Below, one piece after another: positions 34,127 through 44,241 of a DNA stretch of 64,000 nt. Each line of letters begins with the position of its first letter. The stretch's first letter is position 1. This stretch comes from an uncultured Verrucomicrobiae bacterium. GTDB taxonomy: Bacteria > Verrucomicrobiota > Verrucomicrobiia > Chthoniobacterales > Chthoniobacteraceae. The DNA is taken from the NCBI GenBank assembly GCA_963769025.1, contig CAVYKI010000012.1, positions 160,001 to 224,000 of the forward strand, in the 5' to 3' direction. The translations under genes and the position numbers were made by a program. Below the pieces are notes generated by a model, which did not search any database, had not been told where the DNA came from, and saw only the letters and a program-made list of their open reading frames with translations.

Positions 34127-34833
34127 ACGGGGATCCCGTTCGCCCCGACACCGGGGCACCGGTTCACTCGGCGGAATCGCAGGAATGTTGCTCGGGCGAA
34201 TGGGAGCGGGCTTATGCGCGCTTCGAAACCCCTGAGGAGGAAATCGCAAAATTCGTTCGCCGGTTGCGCGACATCGGGGCCGAAAAATGGCCGCGCGACT
34301 GGCAAATCCTTGAGCTGTGTTCGGGACGCGGCAACGGCCTCCGCGCACTCGAAGCATTGGGCTTTGGATCCATCGAAGGATTGGACCTTTCCGCTCCGTT
34401 GATTAGCCAATATCGCGGTCCTGCAAAATGTTATGTCGCGGATTGCCGCAAGTTGCCGTTCGAAGATGCGAGCCGCGACGTGATTCTGGTGCAGGGCGGA
34501 CTTCATCATCTGCCTGAATTGCCGGGCGATCTCGAACGAACGGTCCACGAGGTTCAACGCGTTCTGAAACCTGGCGGGATTTTCGTTCTCGTGGAGCCGT
34601 GGCTGACGCCGTTCTTGCGAATCGTCCACATGGTGTGCCGGCAGCGGATTGCCAGAAGGTTGTCGGGGAAAATTGACGCCCTGGCGACGATGATCGAGAT
34701 CGAGTGGACGACCTACGACCAGTGGCTAAGCCAGCCCGATGCCATCCTTCGCATTCTGCGCCAGTCCTTCAAGGCGAACATGTGCAAGCCAGCCTGGGGC
34801 AAACTTACGGTCGTTGGTCAGAAGCGTGCGTAG
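34123..34833 (+). CDS. Class I SAM-dependent methyltransferase
   Basis: ILELCSGRG, GLDLS, GGLHHL, RVLKPGG; ATGA overlap. Confidence 0.9.
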   Translation: MNGDPVRPDTGAPVHSAESQECCSGEWERAYARFETPEEEIAKFVRRLRDIGAEKWPRDWQILELCSGRGNGLRALEALGFGSIEGLDLSAPLISQYRGPAKCYVADCRKLPFEDASRDVILVQGGLHHLPELPGDLERTVHEVQRVLKPGGIFVLVEPWLTPFLRIVHMVCRQRIARRLSGKIDALATMIEIEWTTYDQWLSQPDAILRILRQSFKANMCKPAWGKLTVVGQKRA

Positions 34834-35052
34834 CCGAGCGTCTTTCAGCGGTAGCTTGCGTTGGCGGACAGGGCGTGAGCACGCGGGACGGGGGACGGAG
34901 GGCGGTGCCAACGGCGCATGAGTCCGCCCTGCGGGTTGCAGACTGGAAGCGCCCCCTCAAGTCCGCCAACGGCGCGCACGTTTCCCGAGTCCACGCCATG
35001 GCCTCCGCCGTCAACCGCTGTGTCCACGTCGGCCTCCGGGAAAAAGCGGCAG

Positions 35053-35124
35053 TGGGTCGGGCGAGACTCGAACTCGCAACCAACGCCTTAAAAGGGCGCT
35101 GCTCTACCATTGAGCTACCGACCC
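35053..35124 (-). tRNA. tRNA-Lys(TTT), CCA not encoded
   Basis: Reverse complement GGGTCGG TAGCTCAATGGTAGAGCA GCGCC CT TTT AA GGCGT TGGTT GCGAG TTCGAGT CTCGC CCGACCC A folds as a cloverleaf. Confidence 0.97.
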
Positions 35125-35244
35125 GTGGCCGAAACGAGCGCTGCAACTAAGGCACGCCGCCACGTGACGCAAGCGGGAAACGAAGTAAGCCGCCCACTCC
35201 TCCACGATGACACTGGCGGCAAAAGCCGCTAGCGTCCCGTCCCA

Positions 35245-36393
35245 ATGCCACTCCCCAGTCTTTCAAAATCCGCACGCCGACGCATCGCCGTGCTTGGTGC
35301 GCTCCTTGCGGCTGCCGTCGCAGGCGTGATCTGGCAGTGGCCGGAGATTGAGGCGCGTTGGTATCCGGCGGCTGCATCCGTTGCCACGCCGAAGCTCGCG
35401 TGCGCGGAGGTGCAGGCGCGCTCGCTTTATTTCAACGGCCTCGCGCTCCCGTGGCTCGAGAAATTCCGGCCCGAGCTCCTGACCGCCGAGGACCGCGACG
35501 CGACGAGTTCCCGGCGGCGGGCATTCGTCCAGGCGCCGCAAAACCCGAAGCTCTTCCGCCAGCTCGATCGCCAGCATCATTTCGACACGCTCCTTCTCGT
35601 GGGCGAGCCGAGCAACTACCGGCGCCTGCTCGATCATCTCCTCGAGCCCGAGCCGGGCAAGCGCGACTTCCAGCTCGTCTATCTCGACCACTGGGCGTTC
35701 ATTTTCAAACGCGGCGCGGCGCGTGAGTGGGTGCCTGCCGATGCGGAAGCGGTCCGGGCGCGGCTCGGGAATATTCGCACGCGGGACCAAGCCACCTTCC
35801 TCGCGATGGCCGCGGGAAAAATGCTCGCCGTCCGGCAGGTCGAGACGGCGAAGCGCTGGCTCGATGAGGCCGCGGCGCTCGACAGCCGATCGATCGACGT
35901 GCTCGCCGGGCTGGCCGGTTATCAAATCACGATCGGCCGCTGGGTGGAAGCCGAGACCTATGCGGACAAGGCCCTCAAAAAGGATCCCAACTCCGTCCCT
36001 GCGCTTGCTGCGAAGATCGTCGCGATGCGCGCGACGCGTCACCACATCGACGCGTTCAAGTTTTCCGAAAAGCTCAACAGGCTCCTGCCCGAGGACCCGG
36101 TGCGGCTCTGGCAGCACGCTCAACTGGCCCACGAGGCAAAGCAAAATGCAGTCGAGATCAAGGCGCTGACACGGCTCATCGCGCTCGCCCGCGAAGAAGG
36201 GCGGCCCTCGGCCGAGTATGAGTTTTTCCTCGGCGAAGCCCATGCGCACGAAGCGCTCGACAATGCGGAGCACGCGCCCCTCGCGCTCCAGCATCTCCGG
36301 CTCGCCGTGGCGGACCCGGCGCTTCCGGCGGACAAGCGGAAATTTGCCGAGGAACGAATCGCGGTCATCCTCAAGCGCACGGGGCTGAAGTGA
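35245..36393 (+). CDS. TPR-containing membrane-anchored protein
   Basis: N-terminal TM; helical repeats such as AETYADKALKKDPNSVPAL. Confidence 0.7.
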   Translation: MPLPSLSKSARRRIAVLGALLAAAVAGVIWQWPEIEARWYPAAASVATPKLACAEVQARSLYFNGLALPWLEKFRPELLTAEDRDATSSRRRAFVQAPQNPKLFRQLDRQHHFDTLLLVGEPSNYRRLLDHLLEPEPGKRDFQLVYLDHWAFIFKRGAAREWVPADAEAVRARLGNIRTRDQATFLAMAAGKMLAVRQVETAKRWLDEAAALDSRSIDVLAGLAGYQITIGRWVEAETYADKALKKDPNSVPALAAKIVAMRATRHHIDAFKFSEKLNRLLPEDPVRLWQHAQLAHEAKQNAVEIKALTRLIALAREEGRPSAEYEFFLGEAHAHEALDNAEHAPLALQHLRLAVADPALPADKRKFAEERIAVILKRTGLK

Positions 36394-36454
36394 CGCCGGG
36401 AGCGGTTGCCAAAAGCGCGCGCGCGGCCAAGAATTCCCCAACCTTTCCATCCCG

Positions 36455-37312
36455 ATGCACCTGAGATTTTCCATCGCCAACCTGTGCGCCGCGCTTTTGC
36501 TCGCGCCCATCGCGCAGGCGGAGGAATTGATCTCCATCCGCGGCGCGCAGGTGGCCGCCGAACCGGTGAACGCGGCGGCGGCGGCGATCAAAAAGGTCAC
36601 GGGGCTGGAGTTTCACGTCGTGACCGAGGGAGGGAGCGGCGGAGCCGTCGCCGGCATCGCGGAGGATGTCGCAGAGGTCGCCCTTCTCAGCAGGAAAATC
36701 CTTTCGCGAGAGCACGCGGCGTGGCCCGACAGGAAATTCAGCGAAGCGCAGTTTGGCATGCAGGCGCTCCTCGTCATCGTGCCGGGACCGGTGTGGAAAA
36801 GCGGCGTGCGTGCGCTTACGAAGGATCAACTCCGCGACATCTACGAGGGCCGGGTGAAGAACTGGAAGGCGCTCGGCGGCGAAGACCGCAAGATTGTCTT
36901 CTACAACCGCGATGTGAGGAGCAGTGCGTGGGAGATGTTCATGCTCTTCCTCTACGACGACCCGCGAAGGGCGCCGCCAAGCGACGCCGAGGTGCTGGTG
37001 GAGCCGAGCGATGTCACCACGGCAGTGGACTACAATGGCGGGTCCATCTGTTTCCTCGAGTACGGCGCGCCGCGGCCGAACGCCATCCACACGCTGGGAA
37101 TCCGCCAGGCGGATGGCTCCGTGGTGGAGCCGACCGCCGGGAACATCGCATCCGGCCGCTACGAACTGGCGCGGCCGCTCGTCATCGCGGCGGCGCGCAA
37201 GCCCGCAGGCAAGGTCCGCCGCTTCGTGGAATTCATGCTGGGCGCGGAAGGGCAGGCGTTCGTGAGCAAGACCGGCCACATTCCAAACGCGGAGCTGGCG
37301 GGGAAGAAATAG
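36455..37312 (+). CDS. PstS-like periplasmic substrate-binding protein
   Basis: Signal peptide, GGSGGAV, LSRK, LTKDQLRDIYEG.VKNW, IASGRYELARPL. Confidence 0.8.
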   Translation: MHLRFSIANLCAALLLAPIAQAEELISIRGAQVAAEPVNAAAAAIKKVTGLEFHVVTEGGSGGAVAGIAEDVAEVALLSRKILSREHAAWPDRKFSEAQFGMQALLVIVPGPVWKSGVRALTKDQLRDIYEGRVKNWKALGGEDRKIVFYNRDVRSSAWEMFMLFLYDDPRRAPPSDAEVLVEPSDVTTAVDYNGGSICFLEYGAPRPNAIHTLGIRQADGSVVEPTAGNIASGRYELARPLVIAAARKPAGKVRRFVEFMLGAEGQAFVSKTGHIPNAELAGKK

Positions 37313-37318
37313 CGGCCC

Positions 37319-38671
37319 TCAAAGAAGGAGCCGGCACGCCGCGATCGCGCAAATCACCGCGATGAGGTCGGCCGTCAGCCCTGCCGCGATCGCGTGACGG
37401 GTCTTCCGGATGCCGACGCTGCCGAAGTAAACGGCGAGCACGTAAAACGTGGTCTCGGTGCTCCCGTAGATCGTCGCGGCCATCCGCGAGATGAGGGCAT
37501 CCGCGCCGTGCGTCTTCACGATGTCGGTGAAAATCCCGAGCGACGCGCTGCCGCTGAGCGGGCGCATCGCCGCAAGCGGCAGCAGGTCGGGCGGAAAGCC
37601 GGCGTATTCGAGCGCCGGGCGCAGCGTCTCGGTGACGGCCTGCACGACGCCCGCATCGCGCAGGAGGCGGATGGCGACGAGCATCGCGACGAGGAAAGGG
37701 ATGATCCGCTTTGCCGTCTCAAATGCCTCCTTCGCCCCCTCGCAAAACTGTTCGTACACCTTCACCCCGCGCAACGCCGCGACTAGCGGGATGAAGCCGA
37801 ACAGGAATGGAACCGCCAGCACCGACACGGCGCGCAGGATGCGCTGCGGGGTGCCGAGGTCCGGCCAGAACTCCCCGTGCCGCCACTTTGCGTGAAGCGC
37901 GACTGGCAAGGAGTCCGCGAGCTTCGGCCACACGAGCGCGAAAAGCATCCACGCGATGCAAAGCAGGAACGCCCCGAGCAGCACGTGACCGGTGCGGCTG
38001 ATCGGGCTCGGCTCGATTTTCTCCGCCGCGACCTCGGTCGTGTCGGCGGCGGCGGTCGCTTCCACCGGCTCCGTGTCCGGCACGACGCGGAAGACCCGGA
38101 GCCGCGACAGGAGCCGCGCCGCGATGACGCCGCACGTCATCGCGACCGCAGTCGCAAGGATCGCCGGGACGACGATGTTCGACGGGCTCTTCGCGCCCTG
38201 CACGGCGAGGATACTGATGGCGGTCGTCGGGATGAGCTGGAGGCTCGCGGTGTTCACGGCGAGGAAGGTGACCATAGAGTTGCTCGCGACGGTCGGGTGC
38301 GGGTTCAGCTTTTGCAGCAATGCCATCGCGCGGAGGCCGAGCGGCGTCGCGGCGTTGCCGAGGCCGAGCATGTTGGCGGCCATGTTCATCACCATCGCGC
38401 CCATCGCGGGATGTTCCGCGGGCACGTCTGGGAAAAGGCGTCGCATTACCGGGCGCAGGCCACGAGCGAGTTGCCGCACGAAGCCCGCGCGTTCGGCGAG
38501 GCGCATCATGCCGAGCCAGATCGCCATGAGGCCCACGAGCGGCAGCGCGATGTCCATGACCGCGGATTTTGCCGTCGAGAATGCGCCCTCGGTCATCGGC
38601 TCCAGCCGCCCGCTGAATCCGCCGACGAGGACGGCGACGAGCACGATCGCGAGCCAGATGACATTCAGCAT
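37319..38671 (-). CDS. SpmA/SpmB fusion (nucleoside-recognition Gate domain) membrane protein
   Basis: ANMLGLGNAATPLG and RPLSGS...GSTETTFYVLAVYFGSV. Confidence 0.93.
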   Translation of the reverse strand: MLNVIWLAIVLVAVLVGGFSGRLEPMTEGAFSTAKSAVMDIALPLVGLMAIWLGMMRLAERAGFVRQLARGLRPVMRRLFPDVPAEHPAMGAMVMNMAANMLGLGNAATPLGLRAMALLQKLNPHPTVASNSMVTFLAVNTASLQLIPTTAISILAVQGAKSPSNIVVPAILATAVAMTCGVIAARLLSRLRVFRVVPDTEPVEATAAADTTEVAAEKIEPSPISRTGHVLLGAFLLCIAWMLFALVWPKLADSLPVALHAKWRHGEFWPDLGTPQRILRAVSVLAVPFLFGFIPLVAALRGVKVYEQFCEGAKEAFETAKRIIPFLVAMLVAIRLLRDAGVVQAVTETLRPALEYAGFPPDLLPLAAMRPLSGSASLGIFTDIVKTHGADALISRMAATIYGSTETTFYVLAVYFGSVGIRKTRHAIAAGLTADLIAVICAIAACRLLL

Positions 38672-38770
38672 TCCGGGGAGGATGAACGTGCCGGCGGGGC
38701 GCAGGCAAGCATCGCCCTTCCCAAAGCGGCGCGGCGTGCTTATCTTCCGCGCCCTTTTCCGAAAAACATC

Positions 38771-39964
38771 ATGCCGTTACCAAGCATCATCGACCCGTCG
38801 CGCACCGAGCGCATCGAGTTCAGCAACGATGAAATCGCACGCTATTCGCGCCATCTCATCATGCCGGAGGTGACGCTCGACGGTCAGAAAAAGCTGAAGG
38901 CCGCGAGTGTGCTGTGCATCGGCGCGGGCGGGCTCGGATCGCCGATTTTGCTCTACCTCGCCGCCGCGGGCGTCGGGCGGCTGGGCATCGTGGACAATGA
39001 CGTCGTCGATTTTTCCAACCTCCAGCGACAGGTGATCCACGGCACGAAGGACGTCGGCCGCAGCAAGTGCAAGTCGGCGCGCGAACGTATCCGCGACATC
39101 AATCCGAACGTGCAGGTGGACATCTACGAGACGTATTTCACCTCGGAGAATGCGCGCAAGATCGCGGAGCCGTACGACATCATCATCGACGGCACGGACA
39201 ACTTTCAGACGCGCTACCTCTCGAACGACCTCTGCGTCTTCACGAAAAAGGCGAACGTGTACGGCAGCATCTTCCGCTTCGACGGGCAGGCGACGGTGTT
39301 CGCGCCGCACCTCGGCGGCCCGTGCTACCGCTGCATGTTTCCCGAGCCGCCGCCGCCGGGCATGGTGCCGACTTGCGCGGAAGGCGGGGTGCTCGGCGTG
39401 CTGCCGGGGATCATCGGCGTCATCCAGGCCGTCGAGGCGGTGAAGCTGATCTGCGGCGTCGGCGAGACGCTCATCGGACGGCTGATGAATTTCGACGCGC
39501 TCGGGATGAAGTTCCGCGAGTTCAAACTGCGCAAGGATCCGAAGTGCCCGGTCTGCGGGCCGAACCCGACTGTCACGGATCTCATCGACTACGATCAGTT
39601 CTGCGGCATCCCGCAGCAGAAGAAGCGCGAGGAGGAGGATGCGCTCGTGCCGCACGTCACCGTCGAGGAACTGAAGGCGCGGCTCGAAGGCGGCGGCAAA
39701 TTCCGGTTCATCGACGTGCGCGAGCCGTTCGAGTGGGACATCTGCAGGTTGGAAAAGAGCGAGCTCATCCCGATGGCGAAGCTCCCGGCGCGCATGAGCG
39801 AATTCGACAGCGCGGAGGATGTGATCCTCATCTGCAAAAACGGCGCTCGGAGCGCGCACGCGGTGAAGATGTTCAACGAAGCGGGATTCACGCGCGTGTG
39901 GAATGTCGCCGGCGGATTGCTCGACTGGTCTGACCGCATCGACCCGACGCTGGCGAAATACTGA
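38771..39964 (+). CDS. moeB: MoeB/MoeZ adenylyltransferase with C-terminal rhodanese
   Basis: RYSRH, GAGGLG, SNLQRQ, DGTDNF, CYRC, CPVC, rhodanese CKNGARS. Confidence 0.93.
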   Translation: MPLPSIIDPSRTERIEFSNDEIARYSRHLIMPEVTLDGQKKLKAASVLCIGAGGLGSPILLYLAAAGVGRLGIVDNDVVDFSNLQRQVIHGTKDVGRSKCKSARERIRDINPNVQVDIYETYFTSENARKIAEPYDIIIDGTDNFQTRYLSNDLCVFTKKANVYGSIFRFDGQATVFAPHLGGPCYRCMFPEPPPPGMVPTCAEGGVLGVLPGIIGVIQAVEAVKLICGVGETLIGRLMNFDALGMKFREFKLRKDPKCPVCGPNPTVTDLIDYDQFCGIPQQKKREEEDALVPHVTVEELKARLEGGGKFRFIDVREPFEWDICRLEKSELIPMAKLPARMSEFDSAEDVILICKNGARSAHAVKMFNEAGFTRVWNVAGGLLDWSDRIDPTLAKY

Positions 39965-39970
39965 GCGGCG

Positions 39971-40213
39971 ATGAGCTTTCCCATCGAGCTGCTGCGCTGT
40001 CCGATCTCCGCGCAGACGATGAAGGCCGCGCCGGAAAACGTCGTTCGGTTGTTGCATGAGCGCCAGCAATCCGACGCACTTCGCACGCACGGCGGCGAGC
40101 CGGCGGAGCCGTTCGAGGACGGGCTGCTCAGTGAAAATGGAGCGTGGTTTTACCCCATCCGCGGCGGAATCCCCGTGATGCTGGCGAGCGAGGCGATCGC
40201 CGTCGCGTGCTGA
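39971..40213 (+). CDS. Trm112-like small protein
   Basis: LLRCPIS...YPIRGGIPVML. Confidence 0.8.
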   Translation: MSFPIELLRCPISAQTMKAAPENVVRLLHERQQSDALRTHGGEPAEPFEDGLLSENGAWFYPIRGGIPVMLASEAIAVAC

Positions 40214-40273
40214 TCGCGGCGCCGTGAGCGGATGGGAAATGTGACGGTTTAGCGACAGTTCAGGGGCGGACGC

Positions 40274-41185
40274 GTGACATCGGGCGGCAGGGTGCGGATG
40301 AAAGTTGACGGGCGCACCAGACCGGTGACGATGCGCGCGATGAAGGAGCGCCCGACCAGCGGTCCGTTGCTTTCCCGGCGATTCGGCCTCGTGCTGATTC
40401 ACCTGGCCGAGGAGACGCGGCGTGAGCTCGAGAGAGTGGCGGCGCGGCCGGGACGGGCCATCCATTCGGTACGGACGCGGATGAAAAATCTGCGCGCGCT
40501 CCTGCTGCTGGTGAAGCCGCGTCTCCCGAAGCCCGCGCGGAAGGGAGTCGATGCCCTCGCGGGCGCGCTGAAGGACGCGTTCTCCGATCAGCGCGACGCG
40601 GAAGTGATCGCAACGTTGCGTGCAAAGCTGGCCGGGCGGAGCGGTGCCGCGCCCAATGGCAAAGTGACGCCGGCGGAAATTGCGAGAAACAAGGCGGCGA
40701 AACGGAATGCCACCCGGCTGGTCCGGATGGTGTCGAAGCTCGGGCTCGACGGGCTTTCGTGGCCCGAAGTCTTCGCCGGCTATCTGAGGAGCTACCGGGC
40801 GGGACGAAAGGCGATGAAGGCGTGCGAGCGCAAGCCCGCCAGCGGGGCCTTTCACAAGTGGCGGCGGCCGGTGAAGGATCTGTTTTACCAGTCGCAGGCC
40901 TTGCAGCCGCTCGACGGCATGAAGGCGCGCCGGCGCGCGGCTGAGCGACTGGGCAACAGGCTCGGAAAGCTGAATGATCTCCGGATGCTCCATGCCGAGG
41001 CGAAGAAATCCCGCGACTCGCGAATGGGGAAACGCATCGCGAAAAAGGAGCGGGCGCTCACGGCGGCAATCTTCAAGGCGGCGGAAAAACTTTTCGCCGA
41101 ACGCCCGCGGGACATCGAACGGGCGCTGGAGCGCTGCGTGAGATTCCAGCCGTCGCTCGCCGCGACGGCCGTGCGGCAGACGTGA
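40274..41185 (+). CDS. CHAD domain protein
   Basis: IHSVRTRMKNLR, RDAEV, FHKWRRPVKDLFY, LGKLNDL; adjacent to ppk1; start uncertain. Confidence 0.85.
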   Translation: MTSGGRVRMKVDGRTRPVTMRAMKERPTSGPLLSRRFGLVLIHLAEETRRELERVAARPGRAIHSVRTRMKNLRALLLLVKPRLPKPARKGVDALAGALKDAFSDQRDAEVIATLRAKLAGRSGAAPNGKVTPAEIARNKAAKRNATRLVRMVSKLGLDGLSWPEVFAGYLRSYRAGRKAMKACERKPASGAFHKWRRPVKDLFYQSQALQPLDGMKARRRAAERLGNRLGKLNDLRMLHAEAKKSRDSRMGKRIAKKERALTAAIFKAAEKLFAERPRDIERALERCVRFQPSLAATAVRQT

Positions 41186-41194
41186 GCGGCGTGC

Positions 41195-43321
41195 CTAGCG
41201 CGGGCGGGGCCGCGGCTTGAGCTTCGGTCGGACGATGCGCGGCTTGCGCCGGTTTGGGCGCACTTCACCGAGCGCCAGCGCCATGAATTCCGCCTGGCTG
41301 TCGCGCTTCGGATCGCCTTCGGCACGCGGGACCGGCGCGTAGCCGCCCTCGGGTTCGAGCAGCCACGCCTTGGTGTTGTCGGCAAGCTGGCGCCCGAGGA
41401 TTTCGGTCATGATGCGTCCGCGCAACGCCTCGTCCTCGACGGGAACGACGAGCTCGACACGGTTGTAGAAGTTCCGCGACATCCAGTCGCCGCTGCCGAT
41501 GAAGACCTCGGGCTTGCCGGCATTTTCAAAACAGAAGACGCGCGAGTGCTCGAGGTAGCGGCCGACGATGCTGCGCACGGTGATGTTCTCGCTGAGGCCC
41601 GGCACGCCCGGCCGTAGGCAGCAGATGCCGCGGATGATCAAGTCGATCTTCACGCCCGCCTGCGAGGCGCGGTAGAGCGCCTCGATGGTCTTGGCGTCGC
41701 TGAGCGAATTCATCTTCGCGATGATGCGCGCGGGCTTCTTGCGCTGCGCATTTTCCGCCTCGCGCTGGATGAGTGCGAGGACGCGCGGGAGCAAATCGAA
41801 CGGCGCGACGAGCAGCTTTGCCATCGGCTGGAAACGGCCGTAGCCAGTGAGCAGGTTGAAGAGGTTCGTCGCGTCCTCGCCGATTTCGGGCGAGGCGGTG
41901 AGCAGGCTGAGGTCGGTGTAAAGGCGCGCGGTCGTCGGGTTATAGTTGCCCGTCGCGATGTGGATGTAGCGGCGCAGGCGATCATCGTCCTTGCGCACGA
42001 CGAGCGTCATCTTCCCGTGAACCTTGTGGCCGACGAGCCCGTACACGACGTGGACGCCCGCTGCCTCGAGGCGCCTCGCCCACTCGATGTTGTTCGCCTC
42101 GTCGAACCGCGCCTTCAGCTCCGTGACGGCCGTGACCTGCTTGCCGCTCTCGGCGGCGTGCATGAGCGCGCCGACGATGCGCGCGTCGCCGCCGGTGCGG
42201 TAGAGCGTCTGCTTGATCGCTAGGACGGCGGGATCGCGCGCGGCCTGCTCGAGAAAATCCACGACGGTATTGAAGCTCTCGTACGGACTGTGGATGAGCA
42301 CGTCGCGCCGGCGGATCGTGGAGAAGAGCGAGGCGCGGTCGCGGACCGCGGTGGCGATGGGCGCGATGAAGGGCGCGTCGCGCATCTCCGGCGAATGGGC
42401 GGCCTCGTAGATGGCCATCAGCCGCGTGGGATTCACCGGGCCGTCGATGATGTAAAGGTCGTCGTCGGTGAGGCCGAAATTATCGAGCAGCAGCTGCCAG
42501 ATGGGCTGCGGGCAGCTCTCGTCCACCTCGAGCCGCACGGCCTCGCCGCGGCGGCGGTTGCGCAATTCCTCTTCGACGGCCTTGAGCAGGTTGCCCGCGT
42601 CGATCTCGTCCACGTAGAGCTCGCTGTTGCGCGTGACGCGGAAGCACCACTGGCCGCGGATTTTCGTGCCGGGAAAAAGGTCGCCGAGGTAGTGGCCGAT
42701 GAGCGTGGCGAGGAAGACGAAATCCATCTTCCCGTTTTCGCGCGGCAGGCGCACGAGGCGCGGCAGCACGCGCGGCACCTGCACCACCGCGAGGCGCGAG
42801 ACGGTCTCGCCGTCCTGCTCGATGTCGAGGCTCACGCCGATGTTCAGCGACTTGTTCAGGATGTGCGGGAAGGGGTGCGCCGGGTCCACGGCGAGCGGCG
42901 TGAGCACCGGGCGGACCTGCACGCGGTAGTACTCGTCCAGCCACTTGCGGTCGGACTCCTTGAGCTCGCTGTATTCGAGGAAACTGATGCCCGTCTTCGC
43001 GAGCTGCGGGCGCAGTTCGCCGCGCCAGAGCCGGTATTGATCCTCGACCATGCGGCGGACGCGCCGCGTCACCAGCCGGAGGATTTCAGCCGCGGTTTTC
43101 CCATCCATGCTCGGCTGGGCCACGTCGCTCTCCATCTGCTGCTTGAGGCCGGCCACGCGCACCTCGAAAAATTCATCGAGGTTCGAGCTGACGATGCAGA
43201 AGAATTTGATGCGCTCGAGGAGCGGGTTCGCGGGGTTGTGCGCCTCGGCCAGCACGCGCTGGTTGAACTCCAGCCAGCTCAGCTCGCGATTCAGGAATAT
43301 GTCGGGTGGAAAATCAGTCAT
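41195..43321 (-). CDS. ppk1: Polyphosphate kinase 1
   Basis: NRELSWLEFNQRVL, SNLDEFFEVRVAGL, IKQTLYRT, ELKARFDE, GRYLEHSR. Confidence 0.97.
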   Translation of the reverse strand: MTDFPPDIFLNRELSWLEFNQRVLAEAHNPANPLLERIKFFCIVSSNLDEFFEVRVAGLKQQMESDVAQPSMDGKTAAEILRLVTRRVRRMVEDQYRLWRGELRPQLAKTGISFLEYSELKESDRKWLDEYYRVQVRPVLTPLAVDPAHPFPHILNKSLNIGVSLDIEQDGETVSRLAVVQVPRVLPRLVRLPRENGKMDFVFLATLIGHYLGDLFPGTKIRGQWCFRVTRNSELYVDEIDAGNLLKAVEEELRNRRRGEAVRLEVDESCPQPIWQLLLDNFGLTDDDLYIIDGPVNPTRLMAIYEAAHSPEMRDAPFIAPIATAVRDRASLFSTIRRRDVLIHSPYESFNTVVDFLEQAARDPAVLAIKQTLYRTGGDARIVGALMHAAESGKQVTAVTELKARFDEANNIEWARRLEAAGVHVVYGLVGHKVHGKMTLVVRKDDDRLRRYIHIATGNYNPTTARLYTDLSLLTASPEIGEDATNLFNLLTGYGRFQPMAKLLVAPFDLLPRVLALIQREAENAQRKKPARIIAKMNSLSDAKTIEALYRASQAGVKIDLIIRGICCLRPGVPGLSENITVRSIVGRYLEHSRVFCFENAGKPEVFIGSGDWMSRNFYNRVELVVPVEDEALRGRIMTEILGRQLADNTKAWLLEPEGGYAPVPRAEGDPKRDSQAEFMALALGEVRPNRRKPRIVRPKLKPRPRPR

Positions 43322-43482
43322 GGCTCGTGCGCGTGGCCGCCGTGTTTTCCAAGGCTGCCAGCGCTGGCAATGGCCAGCAAGCCCGGCAATGTGACATCGC
43401 CTTTCCTCGAAAGCGGGCGCTCTGCTTGCAGCGCGGGACGCCGCCGTGGTAAAGCGCGCGGATGCCGTCCGATCATTCGTCC

Positions 43483-44241
43483 ATGAAACTGCGCGACCCC
43501 GTCGGACTGAGGAAGGGGCGTTCGCTCGACGACCTCGTCCACGAGGAAGTGTCCGCCAAGGCATACAAGCACGACCTCCGCGAGGCGCAGCTCGAGCTGC
43601 TGACGTGGCAGCGCCGGCTCACGGAAACGAAGAACAACGTGATCGTGGTGATGGAAGGCCCGGACGCGGCGGGGAAGGGCGGAGCCATCAAGCGGCTCGT
43701 CGAACGGCTCGATCCGCGACTGGTGCGTGTCCACTCGACGGTGAAGCCATCGAGTGACGAGAACGAGCGGCACTACCTCTGGCGGTTCTGGTCGCGCCTT
43801 CCGCAGTACGGGCGGATGGTCGTGTTCGATCGCTCGTGGTACGGGCGCGTGCTGGTGGAGCGGGTCGAGGGTTTCTGCAGCCCCGCGGAATGGAAACGTG
43901 CGTACCGGGAGATCAACGAATTTGAGCGCCAGCTCCTCGACGACGGCACGATCATCATCAAGCTCTTCCTCTTCATCACGAAGGACGAGCAGCTCGTGCG
44001 CTTCAAGGCCCGCGAGGCCGACCCGTACAAGCACTGGAAGATCAGCGACGAGGACTGGCGCAACCGCCGGCATTGGAAGGAGAACATCGAGGCCGCGCAG
44101 GACATGCTTTTCAAGACCTCCACCGAGCGTGCGCCGTGGAATGTGATCGGCGCGAACTACAAGTGGCACACCCGCGTGAAGGTGGTAAACGCGGTCGTCG
44201 AGGCGCTTCACAAGGCAAAGCTCCGCGATTCCGCGCTATGA
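43483..44241 (+). CDS. ppk2: Polyphosphate kinase 2 family protein
   Basis: EGPDAAGKGG, FDRSWYGRVLVERV, WKISDEDWRNR; alternative start 43462. Confidence 0.92.
   Translation: MKLRDPVGLRKGRSLDDLVHEEVSAKAYKHDLREAQLELLTWQRRLTETKNNVIVVMEGPDAAGKGGAIKRLVERLDPRLVRVHSTVKPSSDENERHYLWRFWSRLPQYGRMVVFDRSWYGRVLVERVEGFCSPAEWKRAYREINEFERQLLDDGTIIIKLFLFITKDEQLVRFKAREADPYKHWKISDEDWRNRRHWKENIEAAQDMLFKTSTERAPWNVIGANYKWHTRVKVVNAVVEALHKAKLRDSAL

Noticed and set aside
34834..35052. Integrase remnant or att site beside tRNA-Lys
   Set aside because: No integrase motif, and no second copy of the tRNA 3' end was seen in the window.
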